A stretch of 64,000 nucleotides of DNA, from positions 14,136,001 to 14,200,000 of the forward strand of contig CM060734.1 of assembly GCA_030704615.1 (NCBI GenBank), given 5' to 3'. Numbering within the stretch: the first letter of the stretch is position 1; every line of letters starts with the position of its first letter. This stretch comes from Takakia lepidozioides. Its lineage: Eukaryota; Plantae; Bryophyta. The position numbers were made by a program, and so were the translations under genes. Below the pieces are notes generated by a model that did not search any database, had not been told where the DNA came from, and worked only from the letters and a program-made list of their open reading frames with translations. Positions 13,501 through 26,244 of this stretch are shown here, one piece after another.

Positions 13501-14129
13501 AACTGCTTGCCTCCCTACCATCAATCGATCAGTTTAATATTTGGGTAGTGAAATGGCAATGCCAAAACCCCAAACCACAGGAAACGACAAGAGCTGATTA
13601 CAAGGTTAAAGTGAGAGCTTGTATGGTGTTGGAACAGGTTAGTGTCGATTGACAGAGATCAATGTCATGAGTCTCCATTAAGCGACTGAAATGAGTTTCA
13701 GCCATCTTGACTTTTCCTGAATCTCTTTTGTTTCTCCTTGCAGGAGCATCCGCCTAATCTCATCTCCCTAATCTCAACACTATCAACTGGACCAGCATTT
13801 GAACTGTTCAAGCTTCCTAGCCAATTATATAGGAGTTCCATATAAGGCCCATCCCCAAAGGGAGCTCTAAGTTATGTCGACTTCGGCCGGAGTTTTCCTC
13901 TTCTAGAAGTTCCGTAAAATCATCAAGTACTGAACACATGACAAATCAATACCAAGGGAAATGATGAACAGGACAACATTACCAAATGGTTTCCATTACC
14001 ATTCATATTTGTTAGAAAATGAATTTTGACATTAGACAATAGATCTACCACCCTGGTTATCTGATTATATGTTATCCTCTCCTAATTGTTGCTCTTACCT
14101 TGCCCCGGAGGTGTAACATATAACGATCT

Positions 14130-14142
14130 TGGTACCAGAGCC
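14130..14142 (+). other. Possible tRNA-iMet primer-binding site of an LTR remnant
   Basis: TGGTACCAGAGCC (one mismatch to TGGTATCAGAGCC) lies 11 bp after ...GGTGTAACA. No associated ORF. Confidence 0.3.
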
Positions 14143-15157
14143 GGCGGAAGAAATTTGTGACTAGGTAGTTTTACCTGCCATGTACCATCACTCTTGCCTC
14201 TTGTCTAGTATCACATTCTATCCCTAGCCACCAGGGGGGCACATGTGGCGGACCACCGTGCACAATCGACGGCAATCGGATGTAGATTATTTGTCGGAAA
14301 TTGTGCCGTTCCACATTCATTCATACATTCTTTCTTCGTAATATTTCTCAAATAGTCGGGGGTTGGTATCCTAAGAGCAGCATGCTAACGTGAGCACAAC
14401 CCAGGGTCATGGGAGTTTTATGCTTTTTAAACTCGGTCATATGAGTTATATGTTTTCAAAACGCAATAAAACCATAAGCGGGTATAGTTTTTGGTGCATT
14501 TGTACGGTACATCTACGCCAATTCAGCGAGGCGAAACCTTCAGTAGTGTAGCTAGAAACCCTAAACCTATAGCGGCGGCGGTGAATTTCACACTGAGAAA
14601 TGATATGTGCTATGGGCACAAACTGAATTTTGTAGTGAGAAATGATAGTTTAGGTGAATTTCGCACTGAGGAATGATATGTGATATGGGCACAAACCTAA
14701 GCATCCGTGGGTTTCGCATTGAGAAAAAGCCACGCCTATAGGGTAACATGTTCATCAGGTATAGGGGCTACTTGTTCTTTATGTGTTAGTTTCGCATAAT
14801 TGTTAGTTTCACCAATTTCATTTACTGTGGAAATTTCACGGAAATTTCGCAGAAATTCGGGGAATATGTCCTTGTGATCACGTGAGCGTGCTCACGCGCT
14901 ACCCAACCTCCCCAACCTCAAATAGTTCAGGGTGTGACCCACCATAAGATTGTTTCATAAGTTGGATCGGTTGTAGATTATTTGTCGGGGGGGGTGGTAT
15001 CCTGTGAGCACAGCATGAGCATGCTCACGTGAGCACAACCCATGGTCATGGGGGTTGTATGTTTTTAAACTGCGGTCATAGGAGTTACATGTTTTGAGGC
15101 ACCGTGCATTTTATAGGGTACAGTTGCACCAAAACGATAAACTATCTGATCTATCTT

Positions 15158-15310
15158 TCAATTTCGCGTTTGCCACCTGCCAGCCACAACATAGATGTTT
15201 GACAGCAGTACATACACGACAACATTTTGTGGTTGCCACTTGAGGGCACAGTCTAGTGCAGCCCGTTCAGCCAGCTCCACATAGCCATAAATTTTGCAGG
15301 CGCCAAGCGA
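15158..15310 (-). pseudogene. PLS-class PPR protein E-domain fragment
   Basis: LGACKIYGYVELAERAA...PQNVVVYVLLSNIYVVAGRW; isolated. Confidence 0.75.
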
Positions 15311-16503
15311 GCCCCTCGATACAGTAGCACCTAGCTCAAATGGCATGCCGTAGACAAATCCTCTGCCTCATCCAAATGTCGTGCACGGCCAAGAAGGTCA
15401 ATCTAACACACACCCACACATTTGGTGATCCCTTAGGTGTAGATCTGAAAAACACATGGTCAAGATGCAGTACTTCCTTACCCAAAAAAAGGAAAGAGAA
15501 ATCAAAATACGAACCGAAACTAAGGAAGGTGGTGGCGAGAGTGCTAGGAAGAGAGGCTTCTTCCTCCACATCACTAAAGAAAGCAATGAAGTACGGGAGC
15601 AGTGCTCTAGTAACTAATGTAGTCTCCAAAAATGTATACAACTACATCAAACCACCTCATGTCAGAGATTCCTTTATAGACTTGCAACTTGTAGCTTATG
15701 TCTGAGTTTGTAATCCTAGGACCATCCTTGGCATCTGAAGTTTATTGATCGCTTAAATGTCACAAGTAGAAGTGGCTTCTTTACATTTGCTAGGGGCTTC
15801 ACATGGAGACACCTAAAGGTGGGTTATGTGCCAAGTGGACTGGATGATCCCAAGCTCAGGAAGGCATGGCTGCTCCTCAGCCACTCCCTGGACATGACAA
15901 TCTTCAAAGATTGGAAGCACTTACAAGAAAAAAATGTGGTGTGTAAAGAAAGGGGCTCAAACACACACCCTCAATAACTACATTAGCTTAACAGAGTAGA
16001 ACTACATAGCCCACCCATGTCGCAGCGGAAGGGAAGACATAGGCGGGGGTTTATCTAAATACAGAGAACCAGTGGCACAACATGTGATTACGCAAACAGC
16101 TCAAGGTCCATCGTCGCCTTCACAGTAGCACTCCCTCGACAAGCACAACTCATGGGAATTCGTCAAATGTTGGTATTCATGATCTCTTTTCATAAATAGG
16201 CGAACTGAGCTGCAGGAATGCCTACCCGACAATCTCTCATTTTCTCTCACTTTCACACACTTTTACCTCTCAAAAACCAAGGGCAGGATCCATTGACACT
16301 ACCAACTGTTGTGCTAGAGCTCTATGTTGAATGTAGCATCACAGGAATCAGTCAAACAGAAATATACTCATGCAAACACTCTATCCTCTCAAGAATGCAG
16401 AGATAAACCCTTAATGCAGCATGATACTTCAGAATGCACTATCCAGCCATCAACCACCCTTCCAGAATGCCCAAGTAACAAGGCTACCCACTAAGCAAAA
16501 CAT

Positions 16504-17836
16504 TCAACCTTGCCCTAATAGTCTGGCATGATGTAGTAAATGCAAAACATATGCGACGAGCAATCTTTGAGAGTGCCCATGATAGTTTGATTTTCTATCC
16601 CCGATGGACTCAACAGCTCTCATTGCTAGTGGATCCCGGATATGATTCAGAAGGAACTGACTGAAAGTGTATTCTGGGATTGAGGAGGTGGTGGTAGCCA
16701 CCAAAGGCATTGCAGATGTCATCGTGGCAGCATGAACCATCCCTCCAGTCATTGTCGGTCTGTAATAGGGTGGGGGAGGTGCCTCCGAAACTGCAAGCGT
16801 TGGGTTAATCGCAATGTATGAAGGAAGTGCCATCTCCGGCATCTTCGCACATTGAACCTGACGATGCATGTTGTCATGTTCTTTCCCTGAGTTGATCACA
16901 TCTGCTAATGTAGCAGGTCTCTGTTGCAACACAAACAAGTGAATATCCTCTCGTAACCCACTCAGAAAGCAATATTTCAGAACCCCATCATCCAAGAGTG
17001 TTAGAGGATTCTGTAATCGCATTAGCTATTTGAAACGCGTCTCAAAATCAGCAACTTCATCGTTTGGTCCCTGTCTAATTCTGGCAAGGGCCATAAGAAC
17101 ACTTATAAACTGATGTACTGCTCTGAAATGATTTAGAAAAGCATCTCTAAATTGAGCCCAATGTTGAAATGAACCCCCGTTTTGCTGCCAATACCAAGTC
17201 AACGCTCTACCCCTTAAAATCGTAGGGAACCAGATCAACCAATAAGCATCATCCAAAGCATGATTGGAGCTGTGCCGACTACGAAGTGCATGACCATTTG
17301 GATGAACTTGTTAACTCCAACTCTTTGCTCAGATGAGCTCAAATTTTGACATGATATTCAGGGTTTTCATGTGGTTCACCAGAAAACCAAGGCAAGTGAC
17401 CTGGTAGTGGCAATGGAGCCAACCCTGCTGGCACCACGATTGGGATATCCGGAGCAAGCGGTGTTGGTGGAAGCGCCGGTGCCGGCGTTGCCTGTGGTGG
17501 TTGTGGTTGCGCCATTGAACCTCCTGGGCTCAGCGGTGGATTAGACGCTGGACTACTGGGTCTGGCTGGGCTTAAAGGTGGAGATGATACTGAAGATTCA
17601 GAACCTTCACAGTCCTGTCCGTTCAGATCTATATTTAGGTGATCTATGGGTTGATTAACTGAAGTCTCATCCGTTTCTTCTTCAGATGTTGTTACTTGAA
17701 CTGTACTTCTGGGTAATTGAAAAAATAAATAAAAATCTCTAATTGCTGCACGAAATATTCTACGTCTAAGTCTAGGATCTGTCTCTCCGGAATCTATACT
17801 AGGACTGTGATGGGAGCTAGAAGCAGAATTCGACAT
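16504..17836 (-). pseudogene. Ty3/gypsy gag remnant (retrotrans_gag capsid), with stops and frameshifts
   Basis: LPWFSGEPHENPEYHV, FPTILRGRALTWY, WAQFRDAFLNHF, IRQGPNDEVADFETRF, FLSGLREDI. Confidence 0.8.
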
Positions 17837-18063
17837 TCATCTTTGCTAGTTGGTTTATCATGCTATCAATGCTCTCATCCCCTAATTGACATGAGGAGAT
17901 GGTATGGTAATGTCATTTGTACTGTTCTCTCAAATAACACATCCGATCATTGCTATCATTGTTCTTTCAGCACAACCATTTTCAATCGTTGAGAATACTT
18001 CATAAAACAGTTTATCATCAAAACAACAAGCAAGATTTTAAGGAATTCAAAGCAGCTAGTCTA

Positions 18064-20436
18064 TCTCCCGGCAGACGCACCAAAAATATGTCAACCATTA
18101 ATGCACCCCATTAACAGTTGCATACTTTAAGTTAGGGTTCGTGTTAGACAGCGCTAGGTTAGGTCTCGAAGGCGCTGCCTAGCTCCAAGGGTGCTGCTAG
18201 TGTGGATTATAATTTTTCTATGTTATAAATGTTTGCATTTGTAATTTGTAACCAACAGTTAGTTCTAACTCGTTGACGTATTTACGAAAACAATAGTCCA
18301 AGAATAAGTAATGCGAATGTATAATTACCCTTGGTATAAAGGGTTATGGTTATTTTAGAGGAGAGATATCTAGTGTAAATATTAATTATTCAATAAACAA
18401 CAACAAATTAATTTCAATTAACCAACTTTATTATTATTATTATTTTTGAATAACTTTATGTATATGTTCAAAAGATAGAGATACTGATTTATTTAGTTTT
18501 TACTAGTACCCATTAATTTAGATGAGTCAAGAATATATAATCAATTAGATCATTCTCAGGGAAAGATCAGCCCAACAAACAATATTAATATAACCAAAAT
18601 AAAAGAAGAGAATCAAAACCAACTATAGTGAAGCAGTGTGGCTATTGGAATTTGAAACCCCAACCTCGAATGCACGAGTGAAATCACTAACCAATAAGTC
18701 ACTCAAGTTATATTTAAAATCAATCTTCATATCTAAGTACTTATAGGGCTATTAGAAGGATTCTGAACAAATAAGCAAAACTAAGCAAGTTGCAACTTGC
18801 AGAAATTGAACCCCCAACCTCAAAAGTATAAACTACCAGACTAACCATCACACAAATCTAGAGATGTTGTTACAAGAGGGTTTCTTTTAGTTATTTAAAC
18901 ACAATAGTTAAATCTCACTCTTTAACATGGCCCGGCAGTTAGAATTCCCTGTTTTCAAAAATCCATAAGTCCCTACTAGGTTCTTCAATTCACTTGCTGT
19001 AAAACAGAAGCTGTAACCTAAGCTTTACTCAACAAGATCTTGGAATTAATTTGTGAATCAATGTCCATAAAAAGGGTTTAGCTCAAATCATTCAAACATA
19101 TATGTTTTTGCAGAATCACTGCCATGACCAAGTCCCAAATTCTGCTAGCATATACTGCCTACTTTAGAAATTAATATCTCTTAACCTAGGCAATAATTAC
19201 TAGAACTACAAACTTCTAGTGTTGTAGTAATCTTAATTTTATGACTCAAAGAAGAATCCTTTCAGATATCTTACTAGCAGAAGTAAATAAATCAAATCGT
19301 ATCAGCCAAACATAATTCTACATCATAGACTTTTGTTGCTCCAGTTTAAAAACAACTACTTTCAAAACTTCATATTTTATGATCCCTTGCTCCAATCTGG
19401 CTAATCTTAGGTCCTATGGGAAGTATTAGCCTTATTCTCTGCTATCAACAAGAACTAGCATAGAAAGCTTTCAAGAACATATTCTAAAGCAGATCGATTT
19501 TGTATAAAAGAAATGAGAACCCTTTCCTACATGAAAAATGACCGAGTCCCCAACATCTGCAATTGTGTGCCAGTGTAAGAAAAACTGATTTCAAAAATTA
19601 ATTTCTGAGGATACAAAGCTCTGATTTCACTAATGTCAGGTGCTATTGGAAGAATTATCTTTATTCTCTGCTATCAGAAAGAACTAGTATGGAAATAAAT
19701 CAATAGGACCCCACTAGAGTAGATCTATTTTGCCAACAAATGAGCAGAATCCTAAAACCAAGTACTTGAAAAGCAAAACAAAAACTGTATGTCCTACCAG
19801 CCCTTGTCTAGATTAGTGTTACACTTGACACTCCGAAAGGGTTGATCAGATCAAGTCATCACTTCATTCAATTACAAAGCGGAAAGAACTAGATACGATT
19901 GCAAATCTGGAACAAAATAATTGTAACTTCGAGTCCATCGCTCACTACTACTGATTCTCTCTCCATCTTTGTGCTCTCCAACTCCAACGGTTGCCCTTCA
20001 CCGTGCTCTCTACATCGTGCTAGTCGCTCACTGGTACTCTCTCAATTGATATTACTTGCTTCCCACTCCCCCAAGCCTCCTTTTATACTTATTTTGGGCC
20101 AATAGGAAAATTAGGAATTAATCATTAAATTTAATGGAAAGCTTGTTGGCCAAGCAAACTTGGATACTTCTGATTTCATCCATCCTGGTAATGTCATCCC
20201 TTTTGCATCCATCCTATAAATTCATCCAGCCTGTGCTCTCTCATCCGTCCGTTGATTTCATCCATTTTCATTCTTCCTCATAATTTTCATCCATCTGTAA
20301 CTTTCATCCATCCAGGGACATGACCAACTTAAGTTGGTACATGACCAACTTACATTGATACATGAGCCGTTTTAAGTCCTCATGAATGTTGCTCCTCATC
20401 CATGTCATTCATCCGTTTGGGAAGTGGGATCGCTAC
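18064..20436 (-). mobile_element. Probable long 5' LTR (~18089-20436) plus Athila-like PBS (18064-18083) belonging to the gag remnant
   Basis: The minus strand reads ...TTGACA TATTTT TGGTGCGTCTGCCGGGAG, similar to the Athila-type PBS TGGCGCCGTTGCCGGGGA. A TATAAAAGGAGG box lies near 20075-20090. The outer boundary is tentative and no second LTR is in the window. Confidence 0.5.
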
Positions 20437-21269
20437 CCTTGATCAACCAATATCCAGCGGTTCACATTTATCCTTGTTTTCCCATTAGCTCCCTTTCCCG
20501 TGCTATGTTGAGATCGGGGAGAGGTTCCCATGCTTGAAGTAGCGAGTTGTAGCGGTTGATTGTTTTTAGAGTCGTCTATTGGTGAGACATCCAGTACAAA
20601 TAGACATATTTGCCCACATTTGCTGAGTCAAAAAGACATCGATCTTGAATCGTTCTTGGCGTTGAAGACTATTCGTTGAGTTCTAAATCATACCTCCATA
20701 CCATGTAGCTTCTAGGGTACTGTCCGCAAACCAAAAGCTGAGTTCCTGTAACTGCCGACTCCTTGTCAAAAACTTCAAAGGTATAATCCACAGGATAGTC
20801 TGGCAGACAACGCCATCGCGTACTAACGGAATCAAACGCCCCCACTTCCGTGCACTTATGAGAGGCTGTACATTGTGTGCAGGACCAGCCAACATGTAAA
20901 CCCATTCCTCCTTGATCTCTACCCGTTTGCGAGTCTCAAAGACGTCGTTGCGGCCTCCGTCATCAACCACCGCTAGCGCATTCTGTCATTTCTTACAACC
21001 ACCTGTCAACGGTAAATAATAAGAGTGAGGCACCCGTGCAATGCATTCTAGTGTCACATGGTCTGTCAATCCTGGAATCAAGGAGTTGTCCTTCGACAGG
21101 TCCTCCGGCTCTACCATTGCTAGAATTCCATTTTATTTATGATTTCTTACTATGATTTCGTACTGAACTTCAAAAAATATATGCTAATGTACATAAAATG
21201 TGCTATTCTAAATTATGATCCGAAAAATTGATTGACACCGTCCGGGGGGAACCTTTATACTTTCCAGAA

Positions 21270-21990
21270 CAGAAATGTGGCACCGCATTTCCGTCCAACA
21301 AGTAAGGTATGTAACAATGGAACGGAAATGCGGTGCCGCATTTCCGTCCAACATGTACGGCATGTAACAATGGAATTGTCCATGTAAGTAATCAAACAGT
21401 GCAACGGAAATGCGGCACCGCATTTCCGTCCGGGGGAAACCTTTATACTTTCCAGAACAAAAATGTGACACCGCATTTTTGTCCAACAAGTAAGGTATAT
21501 AACAGTGGAACGGAAATGCGGTGCCGCATTTCCGTTCTGGATGAAAGTCCTTAAATAGTGTAACGGAAATGCGGCACCGCATTTCCGTTCTGGATGAAAG
21601 TCATGAAACAGTGGAACGGAAATGCGGCGCCGCATTTCCGTTTTGCATCTCAGGCATGAAACCGCATTTTCGTTCGGGATGCAACTCAACGCTGTCTGGA
21701 ACGGAAATGCGGCGTCTCATTTCCGTTTTCACTGTAACTCATCAGACGCTGGGACGGAAATGCGGTGCCGTATTCCCTTCCATGGCATACAATTTCCAAT
21801 AGTTCCAGCGGAATGCCCCTCAGCTTTCCCGTGCTAGCTCCTACTTCATGATAAATGAACACGTGGCCCAACGGAAATGCGGCACCGCATTTCCATGTGT
21901 CTCGAGTCCACCCTGGCATTTCTATCCTGCATCGGGATGCGAAAGGTAATGCGAGATCGGATGGTAGTAATGCGGCGCCGCATTTTGATG
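21270..21990. repeat. Array of 22-bp palindromes GGAAATGCGG(CG/TG/CA)CCGCATTTCC (subfamily E motif)
   Basis: Roughly 15 copies visible, e.g. 21325, 21407, 21513, 21565, 21618, 21873. The motif also occurs in the intron at ~23837 and at 25300-25580. Confidence 0.9.
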
Positions 21991-22254
21991 TCTGCACTCA
22001 TCCTTGCTGAAGTGGCAGGAGGCGGCGCGGCCTGACCGTTGGATAATGATGTTTGTCCGGCAGACTGCAGGCGTACCTTTGACGATTCGAATTTCATAAT
22101 GACGCATAGTCCACGAGGACTTCCATCCCAGCCTTTCGAACCCAAGGGGTGCATCCCCGCCGTTTCAGGTTCTTTTGTCGTGTTTGCTCATTCACCCATC
22201 TCGCGCCCTTTCTATCTGCACTCTTTGCCCCTTTTCCGTGTCTCTGTTCTTCTT

Positions 22255-24810
22255 ATGCTCCAACCTGAGAGGGAGGAAGTTCCTGCACCAGAGAAGAGAC
22301 GTCGTCGCAAGCTCCGCAAGTTGTACTTCGGACGAAGGCCAATGCCGAAGGGGAGGAAGCAGATGCGTCTTCAGGAGGAGATGGTCATCGCGCAGCAGCA
22401 GGTAACGTTGGCAACCCAGCCCCCAGTGAGTGCTCCGTGCTATCGGGATACGCGCAGCTGATCTAGCACCGACACCCTCCCTCCTTTTCATTGTGCAATT
22501 GTTAGACTGTATGATATGACACTTGAAAGCCGAAGATGTTTGCATGCCTAACTCGAAAGGTGGAGGTGGTGGAGGGATCGCAAGAATCCGAAGAGTCGTA
22601 GGAAGAATCCGTGGAGCTAGCTGCAGCATGCACACCCAGCCGATCCACGAGCACGGCTCTTCCTGTTGGGCTTAGCCCTGTGCGTTTCAAGGACGCTGCT
22701 TGGAAAGGCAAGTCTTTGAAGTTCAAAGAACCAGAGAAAGACTCACGTTTGAAGCTCATGGAGAATCGCCAGCAGGGGTCGGTGCCTTCTCCACCAAAGA
22801 CCAAGAAGAAGCAGCCCGTGCTTGAACAAGTTTCCAAACCGGACTAGGCCGTTCCCCCCCCCCCCAGGAGAATGAAGCAGATGGGGGCAGTGCAGATTCA
22901 AATGCAGCAAACACCTTCACCTGCAAAGATTAAGAAGCAGAAGACAATCAGAGGGAGGGCGGAGCAGTCTCCCACAAAACCGGCTCCACGAGCTGAAGCC
23001 CAGTTCCTGCTTGATTTCCAGACAGGTGATGTTGGGGGCGTCTCTGCTGCAGCAAAGGCAACGGGATCGATCGATGTCATCGATCTGTCAGTGGAGGAGG
23101 GTGCTGCTGCTCAACGTTCGCAGCAGGACTTCTCCACCGTTGTGGAAGAACTTCAGGACACTGCAGGCCCGGAGGAGGCCTCTGCAATGCGACAATTGCC
23201 CGCACAGATTCCCCAGACTATAGCTGCAGTTGGGGATGCTCCAGCTGCTCAGCCCCTACCGCCACCTGCAGAAATGTCTCCGGAGGAATTCCAAAGCGCA
23301 GCGGATACAATGTTGGAGGAGACACACAGTAGTATTGGCAGAGTTCTAGGCAACAGGGTATTCCAGCGGACTCTTCGAATTCCACTCTATCGCATGGTCT
23401 CCCTTCCCATCGTCAGGCAGGCTCTTCCAGGAGATGTTGATAAGCTCAAATTCGCATTTCGAGAAGGGTATCGTCTAGGTTCGCCAGCCTTCTACGTTTC
23501 CATTGAGAATGAGGACGGCAAAACTCGTGGACCCACTGCAGATGAATTGTCAACATGGGATACCCACTGGCACACTCGCAACGACAAATTCGAGACAATG
23601 CTGAAGGGTGATTCAGACTTCGGCCATATGTCGGGCAAATTTTTTTTTGTGTGGGACGGGAATCACCGACTTCTTGCATGGTGGGAGTACATCAAGCAAA
23701 ACCATGCCAAGCATATTGGCTGGCATTACATGGTGGAGTGTGTCATCCTCAAGGTGAAGGCGGCAGACTCCTCCCTGCTCAAGAATGCCATGGCGGACCT
23801 CAACTCGTAAGATTCTCATACCCTCCCATGCACATCCGGAATGCGGTGCCGCATGCACCGCATTTCAGTTTCCAATCAGTTTTGTTTCCGCCCTTCAGTG
23901 GACTGAATTGGAGAGTGTGCCTTGCAGGGTCACTGAAAATGCATACGTGCATACCCACATGGCACATATGTTGTATAGGATGAGGAAAACTGGTCTCACT
24001 GACCCGCACATGTTTGCCGAAATGCTGGAGCCCGAGCTCATTCAAAAAGCCGTGGCAAAAACAGACCGGACATGGTATCGGCTCACTATGGATGGAATGG
24101 TGAGGTGAAGATCAATGCACTGAAGTTCCTAATAGCCACTCCACTTCCTGCTCCTGACATTGGATCGGAAATGGCAGGCACGGTGGCTGTCGATCTGGAA
24201 TGCATCGGAGAGTATAAGGACCATGTGGTCTTTTCCACTCGAAGTTTCCGACCCTGCAGTGGATGTGTTGCTCAACCGCATGACTTGGTGGTTCTAGGTA
24301 GTACAAGGTACTTCCCCCAATTGCTTTGCTGGCATGAATTCCGTGAACTGCTATGTGACAATGCATGTTGGAAACACAGGTAATGACGAATGCGAAGGAG
24401 CAAGTCATAATGCATACAAATTCGTTCGGCTTGTACGTGAAATGGGATGGAACACAGACATTGGAAGACTACATGACACGTTTCAGATGTGCGTACAAGG
24501 ACAACCTCTTCGCCCAAGTGAGTTGCACCATCGTAAGTGTCTTGGTTTCGGTTGTAGGGACCACGCAACGTCAACATGTATCCTGTAACCTTCTTCACAT
24601 GTACCTGATTGTTTTGTGCTGCATGCACTTAGCCTTGCAGAGTCGTCCGATGAGGAGATGGTTGCAGACTTCGAGATGGAATTGCAAAGGCCATTCTTCA
24701 CCAGAAGATCGTTTCTTGCGAGTCCCCAGAAGCCCTTTCTTCTCCCATCATATGCAGACATGACTGCTAGAGAATCCATCATGAGGGCAGAAATGCCTAA
24801 TCCGTTTGAG
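22255..24810 (+). pseudogene. ParB/Srx-like accessory gene of MULE subfamily E, truncated by an insertion at 24811
   Basis: First exon RRRRKLRKLYFGRRP. ORF 22872-23810 has LRIPLYRMVSL..FREGYR...FYVS...FFVWDGNHRLLAW. Exon 23929-24103 reads VTENAYVHTHMAH...RTWYRL. Collinear with 49671-52000. Confidence 0.75.
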
Positions 24811-26244
24811 GAGGTTTACTATTTCATGAGCTTGAAACCATGAGCCATGAGCCGCATGAGCGGTGAGCCAAAGTGTAAGACACCCGGTTTTCATGAGCGG
24901 ACTTCTCCAAATTTGGAAATGCGGCAGACTAAAAAACTATTAAAATAATAGTTTTTTTTTTTCTTACATTGAATATTTTGGAATTTCCAGATCCTGTAAT
25001 GCGGCGAAGTATGTCGTGAGTAACAATTGCGCTCATGGTTTCGTAAATGTGCGTGGACGCGTTGCCGAAGCAAGCGTAACTTATGGTGTCACTTGACCCA
25101 GAAGGGCTACTGCCTTCCGGTAGGAAGATGGACACCTTTGTAACAACCAACAGGGTGGTTTGAACCCACAACCACTTGTAAGAGGGTATATGCCCTTACC
25201 GCTGGGCTACATGTTGGTTGTTTGCAACAACACAGTCTGCAGTGCTTGAAAAAATCTTGCTTCTTCCTGCATTCTACGGGGAAGGTTTGCGATTACACTG
25301 GGAAATGCGGTGCCGAATTCTGATTCGCACGTGCTAGAAGTTTGAGGAGTGCACTGTTTTTGACGGTCGGCACCCAGAAGACTCGCAAATGCGGTGCCGC
25401 ATTTCCGAGCCGTGGGTCAACCAAGGTATGCAAAGTTAGGAGTGAGAAGATAATGAATAACCCCCAGAAAAGACCCCTGGAATTGGCAGGAAATGACATA
25501 TCATACTATGACCAAAATAGGTACTGGTAGTTGACAGAAGGTGGCCATAGTACTTGGAAATGCGGCGCCGCATTTCATTGTCGGGGGTCGAATGAGGTAT
25601 GCAAAGTTTGGGGTGAGGAGAAAAATAACAACCCCAAAAATAAAAATAAATTCAGGCACGTGGAAATAGAAGGCAATGACATGTTAGTATCTTAGTATGA
25701 CCAAAATAGGTACTGGTAGGCAAGACATAATTTGAACAATTCTGTTGCCTTGAGTCAGAGGTACTTGCAGCAGTCAGTTCAACTATAACTGAAACTTTGG
25801 AAAGGATAAGCGTAACATTGTCTTGTGCCCCGGAAACCAAGCTCACTGGTGCCCTGGATCCATATTGAGAAGCCTGTGCACCTCATTGGGGGCCGGGGCT
25901 CAACGTTGGTGCATGTATGAAGTAATGAGTTGTGGAATTACACCTGAGTCTCTTTAGGTACACGTAGTACAAATGTTTGCAAGTGCAATATAATCCCGTC
26001 TTCACCGCCATGGTCTGGAAGTCGGGGCAATTGCACGTGGGAAATTCTGAAATTGTGATGGTGTACACCTCGTTGCGGGCTGCTGAGCCTGCCGTGACCA
26101 TCTGATACACACGCCCAAAGCCTAATGAGAGCACTTCTCGTGAGCTCTGGATTGTACAGTTCATCCCAAGTGCATTCCTCATCTTTGTTTCGTTCACTTT
26201 TGAGGCAAGTCTCCGTCTCTTTGCTTTCCCCCAACGGTCGGTAG
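24811..26244 (-). mobile_element. MULE element D: one terminus plus the 3' end (SWIM) of a transposase, interrupted by element A/C
   Basis: Terminus GAGGTTTACTATTTCATGAG with CATGAG subterminal repeats at 24811. ORF 25883-26197 has CNCPDF....CTCKHLYY. E-type palindromes at 25300-25580. Confidence 0.7.
25143..25221 (-). other. tRNA-like element (Pol III A/B boxes, cloverleaf-like stems, no proper anticodon arm)
   Basis: Minus strand: CAACCAACA-TGTA-GCCC AGCGGTAA GGGC-...-GTGG GTTCAAA CCAC-CC-TGTTGGTTG. Confidence 0.5.

Noticed and set aside
20440-21200. Possible transposase start or terminus of element E (ORFs 20669-20970)
   Set aside because: No similarity to transposases A or B is visible, and no CATGAG terminus is present.
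25143-25221. Functional tRNA gene
   Set aside because: The anticodon arm does not pair and the T-stem is non-canonical.
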